Origin: Andalucia godoyi And28
Taxonomy: Eukaryota; Protista; Jakobida
Assembly (NCBI GenBank): GCA_009859145.1
Contig: VRVR01000009.1
Location: 359,763-423,762, forward strand
Length of the DNA: 64,000 bases
Direction: 5' to 3'
The position numbers were made by a program, and so were the translations under genes. Numbering within the stretch: the stretch's first letter is position 1; each line of letters opens with the position of its first letter. This document shows, piece after piece, positions 21,218-32,444 of the stretch. Below the pieces are notes generated by a model. That model did not search any database. It saw only the letters and a list, made by a program, of their open reading frames with translations, and was not told the DNA's origin.

Positions 21218-22120
21218 TTAGACATCCCATGCAACATCGCTGCCAGTGCAGTGAATCCAGCCGTCGTTGCTCATATGGTCTTGGAGATAACGAACACACG
21301 CTTCATCGTTGGCAAAACGAACCTTTGAAATGCCCTTGGAAGCTCCGCGGGAGCATCGTGTCCCCAGGAGCCACAGTAAGTCTGCATGGACGACAACAAC
21401 GGCCCTCATGTCTTCTGAATTTCGAACTGCGAACACGTGCCTCCCTTTTTGTTCTTCCCATAATTTCAGCCATTCTTTCAGTCGACTGAGCTCATCCAAG
21501 TCGGAGGAGTTGCAAAGATCCATCTGATCCAATAAAAACTTCATGTCATTCTGCTGTCGTGCGTCCAGGAGCGGAGCCGTCCATAAGCTCGTCATACGAC
21601 AGCTTCGCACTCGAGCGGCGGCTATTCTCAAAAAATTCCCTGTGAATTCCTCCAAATCAACCATGTCATCAACTGCCCACTCAACATAAGGAGGCGAATC
21701 CTCCGCTGTCTGAGGAATTGCATAAGACATCCCGTCACCCGAGACTGGTGGTGGCTGGACAGTGGACGATTCCGGAGTCGTTGAGTAGGATGTTGCTGAG
21801 GATTCATCTGAGGATCCCTCTGAGGATGTTACTGACCGTGCTGTTGACCGTGGTGCATGCCGAGTGTATCCTCGAACAGTCGGCTTCACGTATGTATGCC
21901 ACTTCACCATGATGCCCATGTGATGGCGAAATGAAAACCTTTTCGAATTTGAAGTTCGTTTATCTGGGATTCCTTTTTTCAAAATGCCCGACAGGAAACA
22001 AATCTCCTGGGAACGTTGGCTGGGGAATTCAGATTTGTCGACTTCAATTGCTTCGACAGCAGACTGTGCGCAATGGTCCGAGCACTCGCCAGCCGCCACG
22101 CCTCTCAAACTCGATTTCAT
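21218..22120 (-). CDS. Hypothetical protein, orphan family B (C-terminal W(I/V)HxTGS domain)
   Basis: Ser-rich N-terminus. The C-terminus VVVHADLLWLL...GWIHCTGS is shared with two other ORFs in this window. Confidence 0.65.
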   Translation of the reverse strand: MKSSLRGVAAGECSDHCAQSAVEAIEVDKSEFPSQRSQEICFLSGILKKGIPDKRTSNSKRFSFRHHMGIMVKWHTYVKPTVRGYTRHAPRSTARSVTSSEGSSDESSATSYSTTPESSTVQPPPVSGDGMSYAIPQTAEDSPPYVEWAVDDMVDLEEFTGNFLRIAAARVRSCRMTSLWTAPLLDARQQNDMKFLLDQMDLCNSSDLDELSRLKEWLKLWEEQKGRHVFAVRNSEDMRAVVVVHADLLWLLGTRCSRGASKGISKVRFANDEACVRYLQDHMSNDGWIHCTGSDVAWDV

Positions 22121-22219
22121 TTTGGTCCGGTGGCAAAAATCCTTTATACTTTACTTTCACCACGAAATTCTTGAAATTCTAGACGATTCTCTGTCCGCCT
22201 ACAATCCCCCTCGCGTTTC

Positions 22220-22897
22220 ATGGAGCCGTTTGGGCAGCGGTACGTCGCTTTTCGCCGCAGGTACGAAGAGCCCGATCGTCTAGGAATTGAGCACGCTGTA
22301 ACACGCCAATTCAATTCAGAGGAAATAAATCCCCGGCAAATCTTGCTCTTGGGAAAAGCATCGGAAACCTTTGATTCGTTTCCTTATGGTTGCCAGCTGT
22401 TGGCGCAAGATCCATCAATCAGTTGTCATTTGACGGAAGTGCTGGAAGAGCACGATCACTCTCCGCGTTTGATGTTGACAATGATGGGGTGGCAGAACGA
22501 ACAAGAAGGACGCGTTTTGCTTCGCCGTGTTCCTTTGCGGAGTGCGCTGACCTGCATGTGGAGGGATTCAGATGCCACGCAACATGTGGTGTGCGTGCCG
22601 TCATTGCCAGAGGCCTTAGCACAGGACGGATTTTTGGCTAGAGAACTTTTTTTCGAAGGCCACATGGGAATTCCTGGCCATCACGATTTTTGGAAGCAGT
22701 CGGTCTATCTTTCTGGCCATTACGTCATCGACTTGCTCGTCGAAGTTGCGGAACTGCGAATTTTTGGCCCTGACGCTGCTGCAAACGAAAGTCGCGCAGT
22801 ACTGACCGATCGGCGCCGCATTCTGCGACAAATCATCAGTGTTTCAGTAGAAGATGCACAGCAGAACGCACAAACCGGGATGCAGCTTTTCGCGTGA
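22220..22897 (+). CDS. Hypothetical protein (225 aa)
   Basis: ATG-initiated ORF divergent from the family B gene; no recognisable motif. Confidence 0.5.
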   Translation: MEPFGQRYVAFRRRYEEPDRLGIEHAVTRQFNSEEINPRQILLLGKASETFDSFPYGCQLLAQDPSISCHLTEVLEEHDHSPRLMLTMMGWQNEQEGRVLLRRVPLRSALTCMWRDSDATQHVVCVPSLPEALAQDGFLARELFFEGHMGIPGHHDFWKQSVYLSGHYVIDLLVEVAELRIFGPDAAANESRAVLTDRRRILRQIISVSVEDAQQNAQTGMQLFA

Positions 22898-23227
22898 TCC
22901 CAGGTGTGTGCGTGCGCGTGTGTGCGTGCGTGCGTGCGTTTCTCCCTCATTCGATAAATGAGTGTACGCTGCAGCCTACAGGCCTACTGAGAACGGCGAT
23001 CCGCGAGAAACAGCTTCGTAGTTTACATGCGTTTCTCAATAAAGGCCGAATATTTCCTTTTTAGGAAATTGTTTTTCAAAGCTGTCTGTTACAGAGGGAC
23101 CGAAAGTGCCCGATCATGTGTCTTCGGTCTTCCATTCCGCCATTGCGTTTCTGTTTGTCCGTCTTTTTTTTGTTGATGTGATGACGCGACTCCTTTCTGC
23201 TGCTTAAGATTCTTGACAAAGCTGCGA

Positions 23228-25561
23228 ATGACGACAATCCGAGATATGCAAACTCTTATTCGTTCTGTGCAACGTTTTATGGCTTCCGAAGAACCGGGAG
23301 ACCAGGCACGACAGAATGAGCTCCAGTGTATTCTGTGCGCAAACGTAGTCGACATGCAAGGAGTCATGTCCTCAGAAATGTCGCAAATCGTTTCCATGGA
23401 GTTCTTCCCTGTGCTGTGCAAAAGCATTGGTGCTCACCTGACGGGATTTTTGGAAAATCCAGACGGCGTATGGACCGCCAACTGGCGCGCCGTACGGCAA
23501 CAACTGTCAACCGCCGTTTTGATTCTTTCCCGATTTCCGGAGATTGTCCTGAGTCTTACAGTCGGGAAAACCACATTCGAAAGGGTCGTGGACGTCCTGA
23601 TCGCCGTCGTCAACCCATCCACTGAGTCTACAAGATTCACTCCTCGGACAGCGAAGCGTTTTCTGGAATTTGCATTGCCAGAGCTGATATCATGGATTGA
23701 ACACATCACAGAAGCAGATCCCCGTCTTGTGGAACTTCTCTGTGCATCCAAGCTGGACGGCTTGGTCGATGCTGTTATTCGGCTATGCGAGATCCACCCG
23801 CTTTCTGGGCATCCGTCCTTCGAGCATCTTCACCAGTCTAACGCAGATCGCTTGGTAGATGTACAGTGTCGCTTGCTTCTTTGCATCCGCAAGTGGGTCA
23901 GGAGTTTTGAAGATCCTTGCAAGCACTTGTTTCCCGGATTGGTCCGTGTCCTTTCTTCCTGTCAGCGTGGCGATTCAATGCTGCAAAATTTGTCTTCCAT
24001 GATTCCTCAGAGTCCAATCGGTCTTGCCATACAGTATTTTCCACGAAACGTGACACACGTAATTGACTGCACAATCGGTTTCCTGGACGCGCTCCTGCCA
24101 GCGGCAACTCAGCACGCTCCCAAGGGATGCCTATTCAAAATTCAGTCGTTGGAGCAGTTCATGACAAACATCAAACATTCCCGCAGCCACACTGCCCATT
24201 CAAGAATTCTCATGCAATCGTGTGAGCCTCTTCTCGCATTCGCGGTGCTGGCTCGACAGACTGTTTCCAAGACTGCAGAGGAAGCAGCGAATCATCTTCT
24301 TTCCGTTGCATGTGATGCAAACCGTATTATAGACGGTCATCACCAGAGTGCAGTGTCGGCATCGCTGACTGCGGCCATCGACAGCCTGAACAGCGTCAAG
24401 GCTCTCGTGCATTCCGAAACCTTTTTTGAGCACTTTTCGACGCTTCTTGAGTTCACCGAGTGTCCATCTGCCATTTCCACGGATCCACAACAGCTGGACA
24501 AAGAGAAGAATGATAAGAATACCAATGACATTGATGATGATAACGGCAAGAGTAATGAAGAAGAAGAAGAAGAAATGAGTGATGAGAAGGGCGAAGCTGC
24601 GGATGCGGTGGAAGACAACCGCAACCACAACCACAACCGGTCTTCAGCGCGCATTTTCAAAGACGTGAAACAGGAATTCTTGAATTCTGTGCGAGAGATC
24701 ACGGAGGATGCGCAGACGGTGAGCAGTGCTATTGAGCATTCGTTTCAGCGAATCGCAGAAATGCAGCAACAGCTCGCGAATGGCCACTCGGATGCATTTC
24801 GGGAGATTATGGCGCACCTGCCCGAGGCCGTCCGCTCGATTGACCCCGAGGCTGTCATCCACGGCCAGTTCGACCATTTGCTCGCGAGTGTCAAGTCCGT
24901 CATTCTCGAGGAGACTCCCAAGCTGCCCGCTTGCGTGGAGAATGCAAGAGTGCTGTTTTCCACAATCTCCTCGCTGTCTGACCGATTCGCAGCAACACCG
25001 TTCTCGAACCGCCTGGCCAACGACTTGCAGGACTGGGTCATTCAGAGCGCCGAGAAGCTGGGGAGCAAGGTCGCGAGCGTCTGGCAGATGTACAAGAGTC
25101 ATGCTGAAGTGTCTCGGCTCTTTGCAGAGTTTACGTCGTTCTTGAGTGCGGCAGACGGCATTACGAAGCTGCTGCAGTCACCAGGCAATGCGTGGACAGA
25201 GCTCATCGTGTCGGTGGAATCGCTGCTCAGGGAATCGTACGAAGGGGCTGTGGCTTCTTTTTCGGGTGGGGCACTGAAACGGATTTTGCACTCGCTCAAC
25301 TTTGAGATCCTGTCAGTGAAGGATCTGATGTCGACGACGCCATTCCAACAGCTGCTGTCGGATCCAGAATTCCTTCTTCGCGGCATTCTTGGAACAAACG
25401 CAATGCCTCCGCTCAACCAGTGCTTACATGGAATTATGACGTCTGTTGTGCCTCTGCTGTTTGGACCGCAAGGACTGGCCACCGTCATAGGAAGTGCGTT
25501 TGGCTTTCCGGGAGCCGGAATCCTTCTCGGCACTCTGATTAACATCGCGCTGCGTCTGTAG
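23228..25561 (+). CDS. Alpha-helical protein with an acidic linker and a Gly-rich hydrophobic C-terminal segment
   Basis: ORF of about 777 aa with an ARM/HEAT-like helical N-terminus and an acidic loop. It ends LLFGPQGLATVIGSAFGFPGAGILLGTLINIALRL. Confidence 0.7.
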   Translation: MTTIRDMQTLIRSVQRFMASEEPGDQARQNELQCILCANVVDMQGVMSSEMSQIVSMEFFPVLCKSIGAHLTGFLENPDGVWTANWRAVRQQLSTAVLILSRFPEIVLSLTVGKTTFERVVDVLIAVVNPSTESTRFTPRTAKRFLEFALPELISWIEHITEADPRLVELLCASKLDGLVDAVIRLCEIHPLSGHPSFEHLHQSNADRLVDVQCRLLLCIRKWVRSFEDPCKHLFPGLVRVLSSCQRGDSMLQNLSSMIPQSPIGLAIQYFPRNVTHVIDCTIGFLDALLPAATQHAPKGCLFKIQSLEQFMTNIKHSRSHTAHSRILMQSCEPLLAFAVLARQTVSKTAEEAANHLLSVACDANRIIDGHHQSAVSASLTAAIDSLNSVKALVHSETFFEHFSTLLEFTECPSAISTDPQQLDKEKNDKNTNDIDDDNGKSNEEEEEEMSDEKGEAADAVEDNRNHNHNRSSARIFKDVKQEFLNSVREITEDAQTVSSAIEHSFQRIAEMQQQLANGHSDAFREIMAHLPEAVRSIDPEAVIHGQFDHLLASVKSVILEETPKLPACVENARVLFSTISSLSDRFAATPFSNRLANDLQDWVIQSAEKLGSKVASVWQMYKSHAEVSRLFAEFTSFLSAADGITKLLQSPGNAWTELIVSVESLLRESYEGAVASFSGGALKRILHSLNFEILSVKDLMSTTPFQQLLSDPEFLLRGILGTNAMPPLNQCLHGIMTSVVPLLFGPQGLATVIGSAFGFPGAGILLGTLINIALRL

Positions 25562-25862
25562 TTCGTCATGGTGGTGTTCTTCGCGGTCCCCGTGGAGTAA
25601 CGCATACATTTTCATAAATGAGGCGCTGTCGATGAGGTTTGTGAACCGTCTATTATTCTGTTCCCGCTCTCCTTGCATCCTCCTGTCAAGCCTGTCACAC
25701 CCTGTAAACTTTGCTTTAAAAGGAAATATGCCATTCTTCAGAATTCTCCTTTTTGGGAAAAAGTACGCGCACTCGTAAAGCTCAAAAACAGAAATTCTGA
25801 ACATTTTCTCTTCTGTTCTTTCTGTTCTTTCTGTTCTTTCTGTTCTTTCTCTCTCTTCTCTC

Positions 25863-25867
<5 letters not shown>

Positions 25868-25905
<38 letters not shown>
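25868..25905. repeat. (CA)n microsatellite, preceded by a (TTCTGTTCT)n repeat at about 25810-25850
   Basis: Read directly from the sequence. Confidence 0.95.
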
Positions 25906-25909
<4 letters not shown>

Positions 25910-25958
25910 AACAAACATACTATCTCTTTTTCGTCCTTTAAATCAAAAGTCACTCAAA

Positions 25959-28900
25959 ATGGTTCGGAAATCTCCACAATCATCTTCAGCTGCAACAGCT
26001 CCTGCATCAGCTTCTGCACCAGTTTCTGCACCGGGTGCTGCATCAGATGAATCGAGCGCTCATTTCAGAAACACCACTAGCGCGGATGTTACCTCTCCAA
26101 ACAACCCGCTTCCGCTGCTCCGCCAATTCACCCAGGATGCGACGCAACTTCGACGCGACAACGGCGCAGTGCTGGACCATGGTAAAGAGACACAACTGCT
26201 GTCCAGATTGCTCCGAGAACTGGAGGTCTTTTTGCTGCAGCATTACAAGGCAAGTGGTGTGCCGGTGGTATTGGTGCAAGGATATCAGAGCTCGTCAAAG
26301 AGCACTGTTGTGAATCGTTTGGCAGGAGAGCCGGTTCTTCCCATGGGGCAGGGTACGTGCACCAAGTTTCCAATTGTCTTAAGTCTGCAGTTTGAGGCTG
26401 GCGATGACAACTCCTGGACCGCAAAGCTGCTGGCAGAACCGGACAAGCGCGTGCTAGAGGAATCGTCGCGATCAGGGGGTGTTGATCTTCTGCGCTGGCT
26501 GGAAGACCACTCGGCCGGCAGAGATCTCCGTTTCGACCGAAGCGCACAGATCACGGTGCTGAAGCAAGATGAACGGCAGAGCGTCGTGGTCATCGACCAT
26601 CCGGGATTCTGCCAAAACTATCCGGAAGAAGCCCTCGAACTGTCGCAGAATTCCATTGACAAGCATTTCGGAGGCGGGTCCGAGGAAGAGAGCGACGCCA
26701 TTCTTGTGCTTTGCCAACGAATCACCGGCGAAACGGGAGACTCGGGGTGGGACAATCTGGAGCAACTGGATCGCATTCCTGACGGCCGCCTCTTTGTCGC
26801 CGTCACCATGATGGACACATTCAATCACGCGCAAGTGGCTGAGCGAGTGCGCGCCATCCGAAACCTGTCGCGAAACGACAGAGCGCAGCTCACTCAACTG
26901 GACATCCTGCTGGCGCTTCAGGAGGAGATTCAGCGTGCAACGTCCAAACAAGACCCAGCGAAACGAGTGCTGCCCCGTGGCACGCGGTTCTTCTTTGTCG
27001 CGGGATCCAAGGTTTCGTCAAAGGATTTGCTGTCAAACAAGCGGCAGACAACGTGGAGGACGTTCTTGGACAGCGAAGACGAGAGTCTCGCCAGCTTTCT
27101 GGACGAATTTTCGGATCAGTCGAAGTGGCTGGCAGAGTCCATCGAGTTGATTCCGATGACGAACGCGCAGCAGAAGGTATTTGACGAGATGGTTGGCATG
27201 GACTGCCTGGTCTCGGCCGTGCATGCAAAGCACATGGAAAGCGGGATCCGCACGGTTCGAAAGGTTGAGGGGTTCTTGCGGGCGCGACTGGAGGAATGCG
27301 AGTTCCAGGCAAGTGAACTGTATGCATGCAGCCAGTCCCTCCTGGACGTCTCTTCAACAGTGGTCGCCTTTTTGGAAGACTTTGCCGTGCAATTTCTCTC
27401 GTTGAGTCGAGAACAGCCGTTTGACGTGGAGACTGCAACGGTGATGCATTCGGCGCATCCTCTATCCACCGAAACAGAAGCCACGGTTCGACAGTACTTC
27501 GACCATATTACGAAGTACCACGGATGGACAACCGAGCAGGAGATGGAACTCTGCAGAGAACACATTGGACTGGAGCCGGACAGCTTCCCTCCGTCCCGGT
27601 ACATGGAGAATTCGAATGGCGTGAAAAAGATGACAGAAAGAATCGCGCGTTACGCCCGAAATGCGAAGAGCAACCTCTCCACGCTTCCAAGACTGAACCA
27701 CCGCCACGGGCAAGAGATGGCGATCCGACTGGTCCATGTGCATGTCCAAGATCTTGACATGGACCACATGCTGAAGAAAAGCCAACAGAACCCTGGGATG
27801 ATCGGCGGAAATCTGACTGAAGTGCTTGCAGTGGTCGTGCAGCGGCAGTACGACGATATCTACCGCGGAGTGCCTCGCTCCGTTGCTGAAGGAATGGACT
27901 CACTGGCTGCTAACTCGAGTACCAACGGTGCTTCGACTTTCTTTGCAACACGCATGGCAACTCAGTCCTTGCTTCATGGACAGTCAGTCCTAAACTTGCT
28001 GCTCATGGTGCCGAAGTATGCTGCACTCCTCGACCCTTCTGGAAGCGTTGCGTCCAAGATCAAGTCCACACGAGACACGCCAGTCTTCCTGGTCGAGCGC
28101 GTTGCTGAGTACTCAGGAGTGGGAGGTCGAGGTGGAGACCGTCTGCGTGAAAAGGCACTGCGAGATGCAAGAATGCGCAGGTCTCTTGAGGAACCAGACG
28201 TCGGAACATTCGCAGACTTGCTGTCGAGCTATCAGAAACCAATGGCGAATGCATTCAACTGGTCTGGAGACTTTGCGAGCTTGCGGGAGATTGTGGAGCG
28301 AGTGGCGATCGCAATGTACTTCGACGCAAAGCTGCTGGGAATGAAAGAGCGACTGGAATCGCTGGGAGATTCATTTCGGGTGACCCTCTCGACGGTGAAT
28401 CCGACGCTGACCGCGTGTTCCTCATTGTTCATCCACCAGGACCCGGCTTTCCTCTCCGAATACCGACGTACGTTCCCCATGTCACACTTCGTTCGTGCGT
28501 TTCTCAGCAAGGGCGTCGACGGTGCAGACGATATTTCAATTCTGGAGGCACTGATTCAGGAGATCAAAGCAACTGGCGGCACGCTGCTGGACATGGATGA
28601 GCACGACACTGATTCTATGTACAAGTACGCGGACAAGGATGCCGAGTTGTTTTTCAATCTTCCGAGAGCGGTGAGATTCTTGCTGTCTGCGACGCAGTGT
28701 CTGCCGGCGTTGGATCGCGACGCTCGTTCCAAGCTTGTTGCCATGTTACCACGAGCGCAATTTACGCCGGATTGCCCAGTTCCGCTGCAGAGCATCAGCG
28801 ATGTCAACAGGTTTGACACTGCCTCGTTCAACCACGTCAACCGCAGGATCATCTCCACTTCGTTGTTTGAGTACCATTTGGCGGCATGCCGGATTGCTTC

Positions 28901-29468
28901 CATGGTGCTGTATGCCGACACTCATTCAGGCGGCACAAAACGCCGGGTGTTGGAAACGCTGGAAAGGGTGTTGTCCTTGTTGCTCGGATACCCGTATCCG
29001 TATTTGGAAAGCGAGCGGCCTCAGGAATTGTACTACCTGGAACCGGACAGCATCATCCGCTTCGTACACAAGCACATGAAAGAACTGATCGCTCTCTTCC
29101 ACCGCAAGCCAAACGATGCTGTTGCAGCGTTGGGTGGCGACAAGCCGATGGTGCTTCGTTGCGCACTTTACGGCCAGTCTCCGTTGTTCCGCCATCTCGT
29201 TGGGCTGCTTGTGGATGCTCCGTCGACTGCAGACTTCCATGTTGAGATCAAGGGGCACTACAAGAGACTGGCTACCGAAGGAGAAAGACTCGGGTATGTC
29301 CGAGAACTCGTGAAGTTTCTGCTTTCACAGTCGTTCAAGAAGCTGGATGCGCGCTCCGATGTTGAGAAGAAGATCGCCGTTCTTGAGTCTGAGCGGACAG
29401 TCTACGCAGAGGCCAAACAATCCTTGGATCTGATGAGGCGCCGGTTGGACAACATGTTTGCTTCCTAA
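25959..29468 (+). CDS. Dynamin-superfamily GTPase (divergent, non-canonical P-loop)
   Basis: G1 VLVQGYQSSSKSTVVNRLAG, G2 TCTKFP, G3 VIDHPG and G4-like VTMMD, then a helical stalk and a terminal coiled coil; 1169 aa. Confidence 0.8.
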   Translation: MVRKSPQSSSAATAPASASAPVSAPGAASDESSAHFRNTTSADVTSPNNPLPLLRQFTQDATQLRRDNGAVLDHGKETQLLSRLLRELEVFLLQHYKASGVPVVLVQGYQSSSKSTVVNRLAGEPVLPMGQGTCTKFPIVLSLQFEAGDDNSWTAKLLAEPDKRVLEESSRSGGVDLLRWLEDHSAGRDLRFDRSAQITVLKQDERQSVVVIDHPGFCQNYPEEALELSQNSIDKHFGGGSEEESDAILVLCQRITGETGDSGWDNLEQLDRIPDGRLFVAVTMMDTFNHAQVAERVRAIRNLSRNDRAQLTQLDILLALQEEIQRATSKQDPAKRVLPRGTRFFFVAGSKVSSKDLLSNKRQTTWRTFLDSEDESLASFLDEFSDQSKWLAESIELIPMTNAQQKVFDEMVGMDCLVSAVHAKHMESGIRTVRKVEGFLRARLEECEFQASELYACSQSLLDVSSTVVAFLEDFAVQFLSLSREQPFDVETATVMHSAHPLSTETEATVRQYFDHITKYHGWTTEQEMELCREHIGLEPDSFPPSRYMENSNGVKKMTERIARYARNAKSNLSTLPRLNHRHGQEMAIRLVHVHVQDLDMDHMLKKSQQNPGMIGGNLTEVLAVVVQRQYDDIYRGVPRSVAEGMDSLAANSSTNGASTFFATRMATQSLLHGQSVLNLLLMVPKYAALLDPSGSVASKIKSTRDTPVFLVERVAEYSGVGGRGGDRLREKALRDARMRRSLEEPDVGTFADLLSSYQKPMANAFNWSGDFASLREIVERVAIAMYFDAKLLGMKERLESLGDSFRVTLSTVNPTLTACSSLFIHQDPAFLSEYRRTFPMSHFVRAFLSKGVDGADDISILEALIQEIKATGGTLLDMDEHDTDSMYKYADKDAELFFNLPRAVRFLLSATQCLPALDRDARSKLVAMLPRAQFTPDCPVPLQSISDVNRFDTASFNHVNRRIISTSLFEYHLAACRIASMVLYADTHSGGTKRRVLETLERVLSLLLGYPYPYLESERPQELYYLEPDSIIRFVHKHMKELIALFHRKPNDAVAALGGDKPMVLRCALYGQSPLFRHLVGLLVDAPSTADFHVEIKGHYKRLATEGERLGYVRELVKFLLSQSFKKLDARSDVEKKIAVLESERTVYAEAKQSLDLMRRRLDNMFAS

Positions 29469-29505
29469 TGTCTGCAAAACTATTTGCTTTCTTACATATC
29501 TGTGG

Positions 29506-29605
<100 letters not shown>

Positions 29606-29721
29606 TGTTTCGTAAATGCAACTTCATCGACCCTGAGCTCGCACCTTTTCGAAACAATCAAGTCGCTGAAAGACTTCTCTGAGAGATTACCCACAGGAAA
29701 TACGCTCAACATCACAGCTTG

Positions 29722-32444
29722 TTACTGCGCCAAAGTAAATCCACAAGCTTCAACCACAGCACGTACGAAGGGAACACGCAGGACAGCAAGATCTTTTGAA
29801 AACAGTTCCAAAGACTTCCTAAGCGACAAATTTCTTCCAAATGTTCCAATTGGACAGATGCCATCATGGAAGACGTGTTCTGGCCCGGCCATCCACAACT
29901 GGCCATCCGAAAACACACAGTCATTGCTGAATTCCTGCATATCCCACGGAAGGAACCCACCATTGGTGACAGCAGAGACATACATTCGAAACAATAATGA
30001 CCCATACGTTTTGGGCATCCCGGAAACGGGGATTTCGGGATGATGCCCACAATTCCGCTGCAGTCTTCCGTTGATTCGAGACTCAATCACGCACCGAAAA
30101 TTGGCCCGGGTGTCAAGATCGACTCCTTCAAACCAGGTGGAGGGAAGAAACACTCGCTGATAAAGGCCGAATGGATGAACGCGCTGAAGTTTCGTTCGAA
30201 CATCAGGCTGCGATTCCAGCAGAGCCAGCACGCTTTCCGCACGAGAGGACATGTGGTCATTGAACGCTTCGGCGAAAACACGAAGGAGTTCAACGGTGCG
30301 ACACGATCGCTCGTATCCCAATTGCCGCAGCTCGACCTCCTCTTTCTCTTTCAGAAACGGCTTTGCAACGTTCATTTGGGCAAAACTGTCCTGCAACCAG
30401 TCAATCGCCACAAAGCATTCTTTTTCGCTGCCCTTCTCCATATGCTCGTTTGCAATTGCGATCAAGCAATCCCTTTTGCCCCACTCTTCGTGAACAAACA
30501 CCTGCTCAACACGTCCATTTTTCATATCCGCGTCATCCCAGTCGACTGGATCAATCTTTTCTTTCTGTTTAGATAATACTAGTCGACAAACGTGCTTTCT
30601 CCCAACGAAGACGCGCCAAATTGAAGGATTTCGCAATTGCGGGCGATCGGGATCACGAAGATCATGCACGTCGACTGTAATGTCATCCAATGAACGAACT
30701 CCCACGGCAGCATCACAACGATTCGAGTGATCCAGATTCTCGACTTGCGAACCCACGAAAAAATCTCTCGAGGCCGACCGCTGAACTCGGCAACGCCATA
30801 ACAAAACTTCATGTTCTCCAAAACCTCCGCAGGAAGACTCCCATCGGATCCCAGCCCCATGTCAGTCGCACGGGATGAACCGGAGGACAGGAACAGATCG
30901 GATGGAGACTGTGACTGCGTAAACGTGTTGTCCACAGGGTCGAAATACGCTCCCCAATGACGACGATTGTAGAGAAGGTCAGCGGCCATTGGAACCAAGT
31001 CATGAATTAACAATAGCAACTTTCCGGCAGCATCGTGGTCTTCGGGGCCATTTCGGCGCCGATAGGCAATCCACAAGTGAAATCCTGCTCGCACCGCTTC
31101 CCACCACGTTTCCGGACTTTGCTTCTGACTGCTGTGCAACAGACCATCGAGGCCGAACCCTGTTCTTGCAAGCTCCAGTGCAACAATCGCTCGATCCAAG
31201 TATGCAGCCTCACCAGTCGCTTCGTGGAGCAAAAGCAGTGTTTCTCCGAGCCAGCGCCGATGACGAGACGCGAACAGGGCCACTGGCGTGAGAATCGCAG
31301 CTCGCTCAAACCATGTGACGCACTGAAGCAAAATCTCGATGCGTCTGTGCATGGCACGGTTCGACAACGAGGATGCCTGCGCAAGACCGATTTGGCCAAG
31401 GACCATGAGGCTCATGCCAAGACCTTTAACATCTGGCGACGGTCGCACCATGACGTACTTGTCGATGGAGCAGCGTACACTTTGATCTGCACTGCGAATC
31501 CGGCCCAACGAAAGACAGCACTGCGCTGCTATTTGATGAAGCGTGCCAAGCGCATCGCATTGCGCTTCCAGTGAAGGATCCAGAATCATCTTCGTCACAC
31601 GCCGCAACACTCTCGCATACTGTCCTCGAGCGAATTGCGACCGAACAATGCGAATCCGCAGCTGAAAAGGCAGCCCCCGCAAGAGGATCTCGTACCGCGC
31701 CTCATTGGCCTTCTTCAGAGCCTCCGACATCAAAGCAGGATCGGAGACGTCCTCCATGTCCGCATCATAGTCGTCTTTCAACGGATCTTCTATGGGCACC
31801 CCGATCAGCTTCTTGATCTCATCTTCTATCGAGCTGGCGGAGTTCAACCGCGCCCACGAACGATCAATTAACGCCAAAGCACTCATCGCGCATTTTGTGA
31901 GCTCGGCGTCCTTCTCGGCATCCGCTGGCGATGACGATGAAAGATTGTCACCGTGTCGCAGCCGGCTTCGTTCTTGCAGCAGGTCGCCGTACCGATCATA
32001 CGTCATCTGCAAAATCGTCTTTCCAGTCGAGTTGTCAAGTGTCGACAGCAGGGCGTCAAGCGTCAGCACGGGCGATGACGATGGTGATGATGATGATGAT
32101 GATGCACTGCTCTGCGGCGAAGGGCCAACGAGCAGGTGCATCAACGACTGCTGGATAAAGGCAAAGTCGTGATCGTCCAGCGGCGAAAAGTTGCGTGGAC
32201 GAATGGAAGACAGATACGTCTCGAACTCACAGGTGAATGCTGCGTTCGACACATACTGAGTCGGCTCCGGCACAAATGCCACTTCGCTGTTGTACACGCG
32301 TCCAGCAATGTGCACTATGCTCGAGCGATCCGCAGTCGCACGCGGGAAGCGCTCGGCAACAAGGGCCGCAATCCGTTGGCCGAGCACCTTGACCCCGGCA
32401 CTCCATGACGTGTTGTTGGTGGTGTTGTTGCTGTTGCTGTGCAT
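29722..32444 (-). CDS. TPR-like helical protein with an unknown C-terminal domain, split by one frameshift near 30760 (about 907 aa if repaired)
   Basis: ORFs 30579-32444 and 29722-30804 overlap in different frames. Adding one T to a T6 run gives GRPREIFFVGSQVENL. TPR-like helices include WLGETLLLLHEATGEAAYLDRAIVALELA. Confidence 0.6.

Noticed and set aside
25559-25600. TAG readthrough adding FVMVVFFAVPVE to the 782-aa protein
   Set aside because: No readthrough context signal; a short hydrophobic extension can occur by chance.
29722-30804. Trypsin-like protease in the C-terminal domain (QVFVHEEW..D)
   Set aside because: No catalytic His motif or GDSG motif was found.
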